Source: an uncultured Desulfobacter sp. (GTDB lineage Bacteria > Desulfobacterota > Desulfobacteria > Desulfobacterales > Desulfobacteraceae). Taken from it: 64,000 bases of DNA. Every line of letters starts with the position of its first letter. Position 1 is the stretch's first letter. Positions 11,571 to 21,401 of the stretch are shown here, piece by piece. Both the position numbers and the translations under genes were made by a program. The stretch is taken from NCBI GenBank assembly GCA_963665095.1, contig OY762069.1:1792001-1856000 (forward strand). Direction: 5' to 3'. The notes below the pieces were generated by a model. The model saw only the letters and a list, made by a program, of their open reading frames with translations. It did no database searches and was not told the DNA's origin.

Positions 11571-12143
11571 ATGAAAAAACTCTTATTTTGCGCGATCATT
11601 TCTTTAACCTTTCTTGTCAGCTCCTGCAGCACCATTAAAGTCTCTGCCGATCTGAATAAAGATACAGATTTCACTCAGTATAAAACTTATTCCTATCTGG
11701 GTTGGAATGAAGAGAGCTGCCAGCTGATGAAGGAAAAAACCAAAAAACTGATTGAAGCTGCTTTCTACAATGAATTCACATCCCGTGGCATGACCTATGT
11801 TAAAACAGGCGGAGATATTGAAATCTCTTTGTTTATGGTAACCGATCAGAAAAAAGCAACAGCGTCTTATGCCGCTTTTTGCACCAAAGAACATGCAGGA
11901 TACAATGTTTCCCAGACCTGGAGCTGGGGTCAGGGCGTTGACGACACCACATACGAAGCATGCGATTATACCGTTGGAACCCTGGTATGTGACATAATGG
12001 ACAGCAAAACCAAAGCTCTTGTGTGGCAAGGTGTTGGCTCCGGAACAATCAATAAAGACGCAAGTGACAGCCAGAAAGCAAAAAACTTACCAGCAGCCAT
12101 AGCCAAAATCATGGCGCTTTATCCGGTTGCCCCATCCAAATAA
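11571..12143 (+). CDS. DUF4136-like lipoprotein
   Basis: Lipobox LVSSC, DFTQYKTYSY, and YTVGTLVCDIMD..TK.LVWQG typical of DUF4136. Strong AGGAGG RBS. Confidence 0.8.
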   Translation: MKKLLFCAIISLTFLVSSCSTIKVSADLNKDTDFTQYKTYSYLGWNEESCQLMKEKTKKLIEAAFYNEFTSRGMTYVKTGGDIEISLFMVTDQKKATASYAAFCTKEHAGYNVSQTWSWGQGVDDTTYEACDYTVGTLVCDIMDSKTKALVWQGVGSGTINKDASDSQKAKNLPAAIAKIMALYPVAPSK

Positions 12144-12182
12144 AACAGGTGCTCCCCCGGCATTTATAACTGCCTCATCAGA

Positions 12183-12220
12183 TGCAAGACCTTTACCGGG
12201 AATCCGGTAAAGGTCTTGCA
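12183..12220. terminator. Perfect 17-bp stem-loop downstream of the lipoprotein gene (terminator or stabiliser)
   Basis: TGCAAGACCTTTACCGG-gaat-CCGGTAAAGGTCTTGCA. No clear U-tract. Confidence 0.5.
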
Positions 12221-12414
12221 CCTATTTTCGTCCTTCACCCTTTCTTACGACACCGCGATTCATCGCATACAAACCGGAATCCTTCTTTTTCCGGGCAACA
12301 CCATGTCATTTCCAAGGCACGGCTGGAAATAATAATGCAACATGTGTGAAGTGCCCCATATGCAGGGCGCACTTCCATGCAAATATAACTTAAAAACCAA
12401 ACAGTTAACCCATC

Positions 12415-12467
12415 TGCTACAATTTGTAGAACAAACCCTGATAAAAATCCTATAATTCATCGGCTTT
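12415..12467 (+). promoter_or_regulatory. Bipartite operator copy 2
   Basis: TGCTACA-att-TGTAGAA at 12415, then TCCTATAATTCATCGGCTTT with ATCGGC at +44. Confidence 0.7.
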
Positions 12468-12557
12468 CTTTACTCCCTGTCTTTTTTTATTAAATGACAA
12501 ACACGGCCCTATTCAGGGACTAACATTATTATTAGTTCATTTTCATAAGGAGGTAAC

Positions 12558-13949
12558 GTGAGTACGGAAGAAGGAAGGCTGACCAACTACGAAGTTCTAA
12601 GTTATGCATTTGGCGAATTTACTCTGGGTTTAATGATGTGGGTACCCATAGCATATCTGGCCTATTATTTTACAGATGTAGCAAAAATTGCAGCTGCAAC
12701 AGTAGGCACCATTATGCTGATCACCCATATCGCTGATGCGGTATCAGTACCCCTGGCAGGCAGCATTATCCAGAAAATTCATATGAAATGGGGACAATTC
12801 AGGTCCTGGCTGATTTTCGCCCCCATTACCACGTTTATTTTCTTTTCACTGCTGTTTGCCCCGCTGGATATATTTGGATATACAGCCAAGTGTATCCTTA
12901 TCTGTGTTTTCTACATCACTGCCCATGTCAGCATCAACTTTGCTTACGTTGCTCACCTTGGGCTTATTTCAGTTATGGGAACCAACCCTAAAGACCGCGT
13001 CCGCCTGTCTACCATCAAGTCGGCAGGGGCCACCAGTGCGTCTATTGTTTTCAGTGTTCTGGTGATTCCTGTACTCAACAAACTGAACGCAACCTTAGGG
13101 CCCCAGACCGGCTTCTTTTTAGCGGCGGTTGCCCTTTCCGCCACACAGATCGCAGGATACTGGACCTCAGCTAAAATCGCAAAAAAATACGATGTAAACA
13201 CACCCCAAAAAGCCGATACCAAAGAGACGAAACTGAGCTGGCCTGAAATGATGCAGGCACTTTTCGGCAACAAGCATCTGCTGCTCATGATGTTCTCCGA
13301 CTGTTCAAAACAGATCTCTGCATTTGTCATCCTTGGCATGGCAGCATACTACTTCCAGTATATTGCCGGCAGCATGGCATTAATGAGTATGTTCATGCTG
13401 CTTACTACCATCACAGCCTTTGGGTATTCCGTGTCTGCCCCATACCTTTTGAAAGTAATGGATAAAAAGCAGGCATATATTTTTTCCAGTGCAGTTGCAG
13501 GCGCTTCTTTCTTTGGCATCAGCGTACTTGGCACAAACTCAACCGCTTTTATCGTTCTGTCATGCATTGGCATGATCGGCTATGCGTTAGGTATTGCCAT
13601 TGGACCGGCCATGTATATGGATGCCGCTGAATACAGCAACTATCTTACCGGCAAAGACTGCAGTGCATTTGTCATGTCCATGTTTACACTGCCCATCAAG
13701 ATCGGGACAGCCATGGCAACCACCATCATCGGATACGGCCTGGCATATATCGGATTTACAGCAGGGATGGAAGCAAGCCCTGAATTTGTGGGAGACCTCT
13801 TGAAATTGATCTCCTATGCACCGGCTTTTGTCTGTTTCCTTTCAGCAATATTGATGTGCTGGTACAAACTCAACGACACGACAGTTGCAGATTATATGCA
13901 AAAAAATGCAGACAGAAGAAATGGGGGCGCTGAAGTTCCGGCAAGTTAA
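12558..13949 (+). CDS. MFS transporter, glycoside-pentoside-hexuronide (MelB/GPH) family
   Basis: YAFGEF...YLAYYFTDV, IADAVSVPLAG, KWGQFRSW, DAAEY and ~12 TM helices. GTG start with AGGAGG RBS. Confidence 0.88.
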   Translation: MSTEEGRLTNYEVLSYAFGEFTLGLMMWVPIAYLAYYFTDVAKIAAATVGTIMLITHIADAVSVPLAGSIIQKIHMKWGQFRSWLIFAPITTFIFFSLLFAPLDIFGYTAKCILICVFYITAHVSINFAYVAHLGLISVMGTNPKDRVRLSTIKSAGATSASIVFSVLVIPVLNKLNATLGPQTGFFLAAVALSATQIAGYWTSAKIAKKYDVNTPQKADTKETKLSWPEMMQALFGNKHLLLMMFSDCSKQISAFVILGMAAYYFQYIAGSMALMSMFMLLTTITAFGYSVSAPYLLKVMDKKQAYIFSSAVAGASFFGISVLGTNSTAFIVLSCIGMIGYALGIAIGPAMYMDAAEYSNYLTGKDCSAFVMSMFTLPIKIGTAMATTIIGYGLAYIGFTAGMEASPEFVGDLLKLISYAPAFVCFLSAILMCWYKLNDTTVADYMQKNADRRNGGAEVPAS

Positions 13950-13970
13950 AGTGTAAGGGCTTCACAAATC

Positions 13971-14007
13971 AAACGAGGGGCTAAAAAACTTCAAGCCCCT
14001 CGTTTTT
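13971..14007. terminator. Bidirectional terminator between convergent genes
   Basis: AAACGAGGGGCT...AGCCCCTCGTTTTT. Confidence 0.7.
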
Positions 14008-14030
14008 ATTTTTCACTTATTTGACCCAAC

Positions 14031-15593
14031 TTAAAAATTATAAGCAGGGCTTTTCTTCTCCATAATTTTAAAGGAGATCGCAAGATAAAGCCATTCATCC
14101 ACGGAATCAAGGGAAATCTTGGAAATTTCCTGGATACGTTCCAGCCTGTTAAGAAAAGAGCTGCGATGAATATACAGCTTCTTGGCCGTGGCGGATGCGT
14201 TAAACCGGCACAAAAAGTATGTTTTCAAGGTCTTATAATACTCAGTATTTTTTTGTTCATCGTGCTCTTTAAGCAGTAACAGTTTTTCACTGCAGACATA
14301 TTCCGGTCCAAATTCAAGATACCCTTTTCTCAGCAGTCCGAGTAACGCATAATTATCAAAACTGAACAGCCATCGGGTCGGTGTTTCCACAACCCCGATT
14401 TCAATGGCTGTTTCCACCTGCTTATAGGCTGGATATAGATCTTTCCATGCATGAATCTCCCGACTGACTCCAGCCACCAGCAGGCTTTCGCGCAAAAAAT
14501 GGGCCAGGGCCTGGCGGAAAAGCTGTGTCTCTTCCCTGACGCTGAATTGATCCTTATTCACCAGCATCATTAACCGACCCTGATATTCAAAGCAGATACA
14601 CCCCTGCCACCGGCGCTCAATCTCAGTGGTCAGATAATCTCCGTATATATTTTTATCATAACGGGAGTTGGGCCGAAATTGAACCAGCAGATACATGTCC
14701 TCTTTGGCCCAACCCATCTGCGAAATCGCCTCTTCCCACTCCAGACCGGGGCCAACGCCTTTTTCATCCAGAGCAGCCAGAATAATACGACGCAGACTGT
14801 TTCTACGGTCTTCATTCTGGCTGAAGGAGCCGTGAAAACGATACAACTTGGCCACAGCCTGTGTCAGGTATGCCAGTAACGGACTGTGATAGGCAATTGC
14901 ACTTTCGCTCTTATCATAAATCCGTATGGCAAGCCTGCCGACAACATTATTGTCATAATAGACATTGCAGCACAGAAGAAAGGCATCATTCATGGCAAAT
15001 GAAAACACACCGGTTTTTTGGGATATTTCAGCATAGACATTGCTGATAACCCAGTCGTTAACAGTCTCGGAAGGCACATTTCCCTGGGCATCCACATGTT
15101 TTGCCACCAGGCCTTTCTTCAAAGAGAGGCTGCAATAGGCAATATAATGAAATGCCATATCCATAAGGGAGATCGGATCAAACAGCACAGATTCGGTACA
15201 GTCAATCAAGTCTTGGAAGGTACCCCCATCCCGGCAAATGCGTGTCAACTGGGCATCCCAAAGGTCAAACTTGTTGAATATATCCTGGAGCAGATTGAAC
15301 AGAGCAGAAAAAGAGACGCCTTCTTCCACACTGATGACAGAACAACCCGGGATGGTCAGATTTTCATTTGAAAGCCCTGCACAGATCAACAGACAGCCCA
15401 CAGGAGGGGGGACGTCAAGACCAGCCATGTCCTCCACAATATCTCTGTCAAGGACCACCACATTAAATGACGCAGGGTTCTCCTCGTCAAAAAATAAAGG
15501 GCGTCCGACCTCAAGCGTCTGGATCTTACAGACATAATGTGCCTTGAACTTGATCTGAACCTGATGAAAAATAATATCCTGAGGCAGTTGCAT
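14031..15593 (-). CDS. PucR/CdaR-family transcriptional regulator
   Basis: C-terminal D...NTEYYKTLKTYF...NASATAKKLYIHRSSFLNRLERIQEI (HTH_30) and AGVS GGDEF-like domain. Likely start MQLPQ at 15593. Confidence 0.9.
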   Translation of the reverse strand: MQLPQDIIFHQVQIKFKAHYVCKIQTLEVGRPLFFDEENPASFNVVVLDRDIVEDMAGLDVPPPVGCLLICAGLSNENLTIPGCSVISVEEGVSFSALFNLLQDIFNKFDLWDAQLTRICRDGGTFQDLIDCTESVLFDPISLMDMAFHYIAYCSLSLKKGLVAKHVDAQGNVPSETVNDWVISNVYAEISQKTGVFSFAMNDAFLLCCNVYYDNNVVGRLAIRIYDKSESAIAYHSPLLAYLTQAVAKLYRFHGSFSQNEDRRNSLRRIILAALDEKGVGPGLEWEEAISQMGWAKEDMYLLVQFRPNSRYDKNIYGDYLTTEIERRWQGCICFEYQGRLMMLVNKDQFSVREETQLFRQALAHFLRESLLVAGVSREIHAWKDLYPAYKQVETAIEIGVVETPTRWLFSFDNYALLGLLRKGYLEFGPEYVCSEKLLLLKEHDEQKNTEYYKTLKTYFLCRFNASATAKKLYIHRSSFLNRLERIQEISKISLDSVDEWLYLAISFKIMEKKSPAYNF

Positions 15594-15770
15594 GGCTATC
15601 CTTCCATATAATTTATACAATGTATACGAAACGTCAGACTTATCACCGAAACCAAGCGTTTTCTATGTATTACTCGAAAATTCAGGATGTTATTTAAACA
15701 AGCGAACCACATCAACAACATAAGCGCCATGTCGGACTCTAAAACCGCAGTCTCTCCATCCAGAGAAATA

Positions 15771-15823
15771 CCATACAATATGTAGGATGAAAAGCGTAAA
15801 ATTTCTGCTAATTCATCGGCTTT
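15771..15823 (+). promoter_or_regulatory. Bipartite operator copy 3
   Basis: CCATACA-ata-TGTAGGA at 15771, then TAATTCATCGGCTTT with ATCGGC at +44. Confidence 0.7.
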
Positions 15824-15956
15824 TTTTCCCGGTTGACTTTACCATATAGTGCTTAACTGTCATTAACCGTCAACCGTACAGCCAAAGGAGCACATTAATT
15901 CAATGAAAGTCAAACACACCACCGGAATATTTTCACCATTAAGGAGGTCTTAACAC

Positions 15957-17144
15957 ATGGAAAAAGGAAAAATTAAATTAGCCATCTTATCGTCTGCGAC
16001 ACTGATTATGGGCGCCCAGATCATCACCGGAATCATTGCAGCCGTGGCCGCCCATTATCCGGATGTACCCCAGGGCAGGGTTACGCTGCTTCTCACCCTG
16101 CCGTTTCTGATTGGAACGTTGTTTGCCCTGGCAGCAGGTCCTCTGTCAAAATTCATTTCCAAAAAGAATCTGGTAATCGCCAGCCACATAGCCCTGCTGA
16201 CCGGCTGTATAGTGGCATATATGTTCGGAGAGATGAGCATCAACGCGCTCTTGGCCACAAGTGTTCTCATGGGTGTCAGCCAGGGTATGCTCTCTACGCT
16301 GACCATGGGGCTCATTGCCGATTATTTCGAGGGGGATGAACGGGGGGCTCTCATGGGGCTTCAGTCCTCATTTACCACATTTGGCGGCATGATCATGGTT
16401 TTTGTCGGTGCGGCCCTTGCCGGTATTTACTGGAAAAACACCTACCTGATTCTGCTGGTTGCAGTGCCTTCCCTTCTTATTGTTTTAAAAAACCTTCCGG
16501 CAACCACGCCGGTGCAAAATGTGGATGCTTCCGGTTCTGGGACGCGCGGTTCTATTACCAAGGCAGCCTGGTTTTACATCTTTATTGATTGTGTATACGG
16601 CGTTTTTTGCTTTATCTTCCAGGCAAACCTTGCCTTCTTCATCACCCAGCAGGGATATGGCGGTGCGGATGTCGCAGGCTATGCCAACTCCACGCTGGTT
16701 GCCGCAGGCGGTATTACCGGATTTCTATACGGCCGCTTGAGCAAAATTTTTGGCAGATTCATCCTCCCCTTAGGACTGTTTGTTTCGGCTGCGGGTTACC
16801 TGCAGCTCTACCTCATTGGCTCCCTGCCTTCAGTTTTTATTGCCAGCGCCTGTATTGGTTTCGGCCTGACAGCCACAGTGGCCACAGTGATGTTTAATGC
16901 ATCAAACGTGGTTTCACCCTCCTCTTCAACCATGGCCATTGCACTCGCCAATACCTTTGGAAGTATCGGCATCTTTGCTTCCCCGATCATCACTGGATAT
17001 ATCATGAAAGCCATTGGATCCGGAGAACTGCAGACGCAATTTATTATTGGCACTGCGGGAATGGCCGCACTGGCTGTCATCTATATGATTGGAGACGCAG
17101 CCATAGCCAAACAGTACGCGGACCCTGCCCCCCAAACCAATTAA
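15957..17144 (+). CDS. MFS transporter
   Basis: 12 hydrophobic segments, AGPLSKFISKK motif A variant, GLIADYFEGDERGALMG. Confidence 0.9.
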   Translation: MEKGKIKLAILSSATLIMGAQIITGIIAAVAAHYPDVPQGRVTLLLTLPFLIGTLFALAAGPLSKFISKKNLVIASHIALLTGCIVAYMFGEMSINALLATSVLMGVSQGMLSTLTMGLIADYFEGDERGALMGLQSSFTTFGGMIMVFVGAALAGIYWKNTYLILLVAVPSLLIVLKNLPATTPVQNVDASGSGTRGSITKAAWFYIFIDCVYGVFCFIFQANLAFFITQQGYGGADVAGYANSTLVAAGGITGFLYGRLSKIFGRFILPLGLFVSAAGYLQLYLIGSLPSVFIASACIGFGLTATVATVMFNASNVVSPSSSTMAIALANTFGSIGIFASPIITGYIMKAIGSGELQTQFIIGTAGMAALAVIYMIGDAAIAKQYADPAPQTN

Positions 17145-17294
17145 ACTGCTGCATTATTATCTTAAACACTTCCCTGGCCTGACTTCTCACAGGCGGGCCG
17201 GGGAAGACAATTGACTCCCGCCCTTCCCTATTTCGCCTGCTTTTTTCTATAAACAATCATAAATTAGTGCCTGAATGAAAACCCCCGTGTTTGG

Positions 17295-17324
17295 TGTTTG
17301 GACGAAAAGTTGCCCAGATGCAAG
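17295..17324 (+). repeat. Partial copy of a dispersed palindromic (REP-like) element
   Basis: TGTTTGGACGAAAAGTTGCCCAGATGCAAG, similar to copies at 26583 and 31139. Confidence 0.55.
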
Positions 17325-17681
17325 AGCGTTAGAAATTCGTTTGCCACAACTTCTTAATACCATATTAAATTTGTTTTAAGGGTAGTTGAAAGGCGGGAAC
17401 TTACTATTCAGACTTCGCATGTGCGATTCAACACAGTCGGCAGATTTGAACAAATTGCAAGGGATTGCCATATTGGCAGCTTAGAAAACTTTGACAATTT
17501 CGGTTAAATCAATTTATATTTACAGACATAAACAAATTTGGCTGTGAACAACTATCCATGTTTGTTGGCGGCTATAAAACGTGTCAACAATGATGATAGA
17601 ATTCCGGCCTATATTGCTAAAACCTTGGCAGCTAAAACTTGTAGTAAGACGACTTAACTTAAGAAAGGAAAGGAGATTTAC

Positions 17682-18053
17682 ATGAAGATTCAAGCTCGAC
17701 TGGAGGTATTTCTGAAGCACAGAGTTATTCTAACCCTGATGATAATAAGTGTTCTCAGCCTTGTTACACCAAATATCTATGCCCAGACTGAAAACACCGG
17801 CAATTTCATTAATGCCAGGCAGGTTATTGTAACCCATGACATTTCACGCTACCCCGATGCAGAATTTATGGGACATATTCAGTCATCCCTGTGCCCTGTT
17901 TACATGCAAAGCGCGTTCGGCCATGCAGCAGCCATAGAAGAAATGAAAGTGGATATCGCCCAACAAGGCGGCCACATCCTTGTGATTGACGGTTTCACAG
18001 AAGCAAGGGGAGAAAAACCACCCCAAGGAAAAATGTACAAACTGACAAAGTAA
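17682..18053 (+). CDS. Small exported hypothetical protein
   Basis: AGGGAG RBS, signal-peptide-like segment (LTLMIISVLSLVTPNIYA-Q), and a convergent terminator follows. Confidence 0.6.
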   Translation: MKIQARLEVFLKHRVILTLMIISVLSLVTPNIYAQTENTGNFINARQVIVTHDISRYPDAEFMGHIQSSLCPVYMQSAFGHAAAIEEMKVDIAQQGGHILVIDGFTEARGEKPPQGKMYKLTK

Positions 18054-18101
18054 TTGAAGCCTGTACGAAATATCAGGCGACCATGCAACTCATCCAAATT
18101 T

Positions 18102-18134
18102 AAAAGGGGGTGCCCATGACGGGCACCCCCTTTT
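18102..18134. terminator. Bidirectional intrinsic terminator
   Basis: AAAAGGGGGTGCCC-atgac-GGGCACCCCCTTTT between convergent genes. Confidence 0.85.
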
Positions 18135-18168
18135 ATCGGGTATGCAAAATCTGACTTAATACCCGTTT

Positions 18169-19338
18169 TTAAAACAGGAACATGATCTGACAACCGACGT
18201 TAGTGGTTGTTCCCTCATCCACGGCAGCTTCACCAGCCGGTTTTCTGTCCTGCCAGTCCGTAAGGTTGATAAAGGGAATAAGTGTCATATATTCGGTCAT
18301 TTTGTAGCAGTAGATAAAATCATAGCCAATGACCTTGTCTTTATTGTTTTGATCATCTTCGGTAAATCCCTGGCTTACCCCAAAGTGGACACTGTTTTTG
18401 GGATTGATAAACCAATTGACACCCAGGGCATACCCGAGATAGTCGTTGCTGATAATAGAATCTGATGTGGCGTCATATCTGGGATCTCCGTAATAATCAG
18501 ATCTGTAGTTCGTATAGGCGTAAAACCAGTTGTATCCTTTTTGATTTGGCGGCCCCCCATGGCTGTAGTTGTTATGGTCAGCATACAGGGTGGCTTCAAG
18601 AATCACTTTGGGAGCAAAATACCGTAAAGATGCGCCGTACATGTAGGACTCAATGTCATATTCCTTACCACTGGCAACCTCTTCCGTATAAATGTCATAT
18701 CCACCGGAGACACCTAATTTAAATTTCCCGAACTTCCAGTTGAGACGTGCTTCAAGGGAGGGAATCTCATTGTCAGAATCCACTGCGCCGTCTACGATAT
18801 AACCACCGGCACATGACTCAGACCAGTCGTCAGGCCTCAGTGCAGCAAATTGGAGTTCTACATCGTTACTAACAGGAAAACTTAAGCGGATCTGCTCATT
18901 GGGATAATGGCCCAGCATATGGGAAATGCCGGATTTTAAAGGCGGAGGCAGAAGAATGGCATCCCAGGTGATCGGGTCATTACAACCAACCAGCACACGG
19001 CCCATTCCAAAATTATATTCAACCCAATAGTAGTATATGGTGTCAAGCGTCGTGTCTTCGCCATTTGCACGGAATTCAAATAAGCCTTTATATTTATCAT
19101 TCTGGAAATTAAAGATTAAACGGCTCTGGCCAAGACCATAGGTCATTTCAGTACCATCATCAACTCCGGTTCCGTTCTCCGCCGGGACATCATTATTTAC
19201 TGTGTAATACAACGGCAGATAAATCTGGGCATTAAAATCAAGCTTCCATCCCCTTGCTTCAATTTCAAATGCAGACGCAGGCGAGGCCATAGTCCAAAAC
19301 AAACCGACAATTAATACAAACAATAACGACTTACGCAT
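18169..19338 (-). CDS. Outer-membrane beta-barrel (porin-like) protein
   Basis: Signal peptide ending ASA, alternating amphipathic aromatic strands, C-terminal ...QIMFLF (terminal Phe beta-signal). Confidence 0.8.
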   Translation of the reverse strand: MRKSLLFVLIVGLFWTMASPASAFEIEARGWKLDFNAQIYLPLYYTVNNDVPAENGTGVDDGTEMTYGLGQSRLIFNFQNDKYKGLFEFRANGEDTTLDTIYYYWVEYNFGMGRVLVGCNDPITWDAILLPPPLKSGISHMLGHYPNEQIRLSFPVSNDVELQFAALRPDDWSESCAGGYIVDGAVDSDNEIPSLEARLNWKFGKFKLGVSGGYDIYTEEVASGKEYDIESYMYGASLRYFAPKVILEATLYADHNNYSHGGPPNQKGYNWFYAYTNYRSDYYGDPRYDATSDSIISNDYLGYALGVNWFINPKNSVHFGVSQGFTEDDQNNKDKVIGYDFIYCYKMTEYMTLIPFINLTDWQDRKPAGEAAVDEGTTTNVGCQIMFLF

Positions 19339-19586
19339 TTTTTCCTCTCTCCAAGGTTGGGAACCTGTAAAAAAATTTAAACTGTCTTATTCACCATTTT
19401 CCTACAAGTTCATTAAGATTTAACTCACTTAAATGAAATGGTAACACAACTTGGCTGATCCAATAGCCTCTACACTCCGTCATCTCCTTTCTGTCTTTAA
19501 CAAATTCAACTGTTGATTATTTCCCTTATCCTTAAAAAATCTGTTTGAAAGTATAGTACAAACAATATCAAATGTAAATAAGTCCT

Positions 19587-20570
19587 CTAGAAGAATATTT
19601 GACTTTGAATATCAATCTGCTTGCTGGCTTCAGCATAAACTCCGGGATAAATACTGTCAGGTCCCCCCATGGTAAGACAGGGGATGTACGCGCCCTTGCC
19701 GTATGCATTGCAGGCCTTCTCCACCTCCGCACCCACCGATTCCGGTGTCCAGTCAGGCAAATCAACCTTAGCACTCTCAATGCCGCCCATAATGGTAATT
19801 TTGTCGCCATATTTTTTCATCAGGTCGGCAATATCATTGGTGGGGACAGCCCCCTGCCAGATATCAATACCCATCTCAATCATGTGCGGCACCAGGTTCG
19901 CGGCGTAGGAGTCACTGTGATGAACAACCACCTCAACCCCGTTTTCCTTATAAAAGCCGTAGATCTTCTTATATGCAGGCACGATAAACTCATTAAACAT
20001 ATCCGGAGATAAAAAGGAGTTAATGGCGCTGCCCCAGTCATCATGATGAAACAGCGCATCCGGCTGAATCATTTCAATGACCTTTTTGGCATAGTCCAGT
20101 TCGTACGAAGTGATGTAGGCAATCAACTCATGCATAATTTCAGGTTCTTCGTAAAACGCGACCAGAGCATCCTCCATGCCCATCATGTGATGCACCCTTT
20201 CAAAGACACCGGGGGCCACCATGGCCGTAACGAATTCTTCCTTTCTATCCACAGCGTTTGCATGGTCCACAGCAGGTTTCCAGGCATCGCCATCAGGAAT
20301 GGGCGGCGCTTTCACCACCTCTTTCCACTGGGTAATATCCTGTAGCAGCCTGTGTTCGTCATCATGGAGGGGGAAAGGACCAATCTGCCCTTCAGGAAAA
20401 GACCAGGCCACCCCCCAGCCATCTGTTGAGCTTAGCCCCGGCTTACCGGGAATTCCCTGCATGGGGAATGCCGCCTCAAAAATCATATGCATGAATTCGT
20501 ATTGTTTCACGAAGCGATCAGGGTTTCCCCCTTTAATCGTTTCCACAAGGTTTTGTCTGATGGTCAACAT
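19587..20570 (-). CDS. Uroporphyrinogen-decarboxylase-family (MtaA/CmuA-like) methyltransferase
   Basis: MLTIRQNLVETIKGG.PDRFV, DGWGV.W, GVFERVHHMMGMEDAL, HDDWG, HHSD, CLTMGG. Likely start at 20570. Confidence 0.88.
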   Translation of the reverse strand: MLTIRQNLVETIKGGNPDRFVKQYEFMHMIFEAAFPMQGIPGKPGLSSTDGWGVAWSFPEGQIGPFPLHDDEHRLLQDITQWKEVVKAPPIPDGDAWKPAVDHANAVDRKEEFVTAMVAPGVFERVHHMMGMEDALVAFYEEPEIMHELIAYITSYELDYAKKVIEMIQPDALFHHDDWGSAINSFLSPDMFNEFIVPAYKKIYGFYKENGVEVVVHHSDSYAANLVPHMIEMGIDIWQGAVPTNDIADLMKKYGDKITIMGGIESAKVDLPDWTPESVGAEVEKACNAYGKGAYIPCLTMGGPDSIYPGVYAEASKQIDIQSQIFF

Positions 20571-20655
20571 AGTTGCTTTCCTTATATTTAGATAAACACA
20601 TTCAAACGCTTTTGCGCATTTGCATTCATCTATAGGAGAATACATGGGGAGGCGT

Positions 20656-20708
20656 AAAGCCGATGAAATAGAGGAAATTTCATATTTGTTATCATACATT
20701 GTGTAGGA
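20656..20708 (-). promoter_or_regulatory. Bipartite operator copy 4 (minus strand)
   Basis: Reverse complement reads TCCTACA-caa-TGTATGA ... TCCTCTATTTCATCGGCTTT with ATCGGC at +44. Confidence 0.7.
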
Positions 20709-21268
20709 GAAGTATATTTAAGGGGGCTGACAGCTTCCAGCAAACCGGACAGGACACGTGAGTTGATGCATCTTAACTTATGATTCAGCCTGTCGAACCC
20801 GCATGACGCTTAAAACGAAACCCACAATTTGGCCAGTATCCGGAAATGATAAAGATCACCTTTTCCCCAAGCGGACAAAATCTAATGCGCTATTATCAAT
20901 ATAACACCGACAAACAGATTTTTTTCGACATGCCGGATAAACCGGTTAAAATTTTAAATCTTTATTAAATACATACCATTAAAATTCATCCAAACAGAAC
21001 ACACAAAAAAATCAAGGCAACCCGAAGCCGATTTGAAAGTTTAAAGCGGATCAAAAAGAGACCGTCGCATTTTTCGGCATCAGATAAATTATACTAAGAA
21101 ACCGACACACGCGGAGGCGGATTGACGAACACATTCCACAAGAAAACAGATCAAAAACATAAAAACGAACTCCGATCAAAAAACTTTATTATTTATAAAC
21201 AAGTAGTTAAATCTAATAAAAGCCTAACAAAACTATACTCCACCGAACATTCCCCCAGGCGTTTATTA

Positions 21269-21321
21269 TCCTACAATATGTATGATATTCCCACTCTTTT
21301 TTCCCATATTTTATCGGCTTT
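21269..21321 (+). promoter_or_regulatory. Bipartite operator copy 5
   Basis: TCCTACA-ata-TGTATGA at 21269, then CCCATATTTTATCGGCTTT with ATCGGC at +44. Confidence 0.7.
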
Positions 21322-21401
21322 CCGTTTGTCGGATTCTTATCTATATATCTACAATCTTGAACCTTGCAGTTATTTATTTACTTGAAACGGAGGCATTAGA
21401 C

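Noticed and set aside
19401..19420. CCTACAAG upstream of the porin as a sixth operator
   Set aside because: Half-site only, with no ATCGGCTTT box at the conserved distance.
11418..21321. Repeated ~50-bp motif as a CRISPR or mobile repeat
   Set aside because: Copies are kilobases apart, each upstream of a gene, with a variable middle. This fits an operator.
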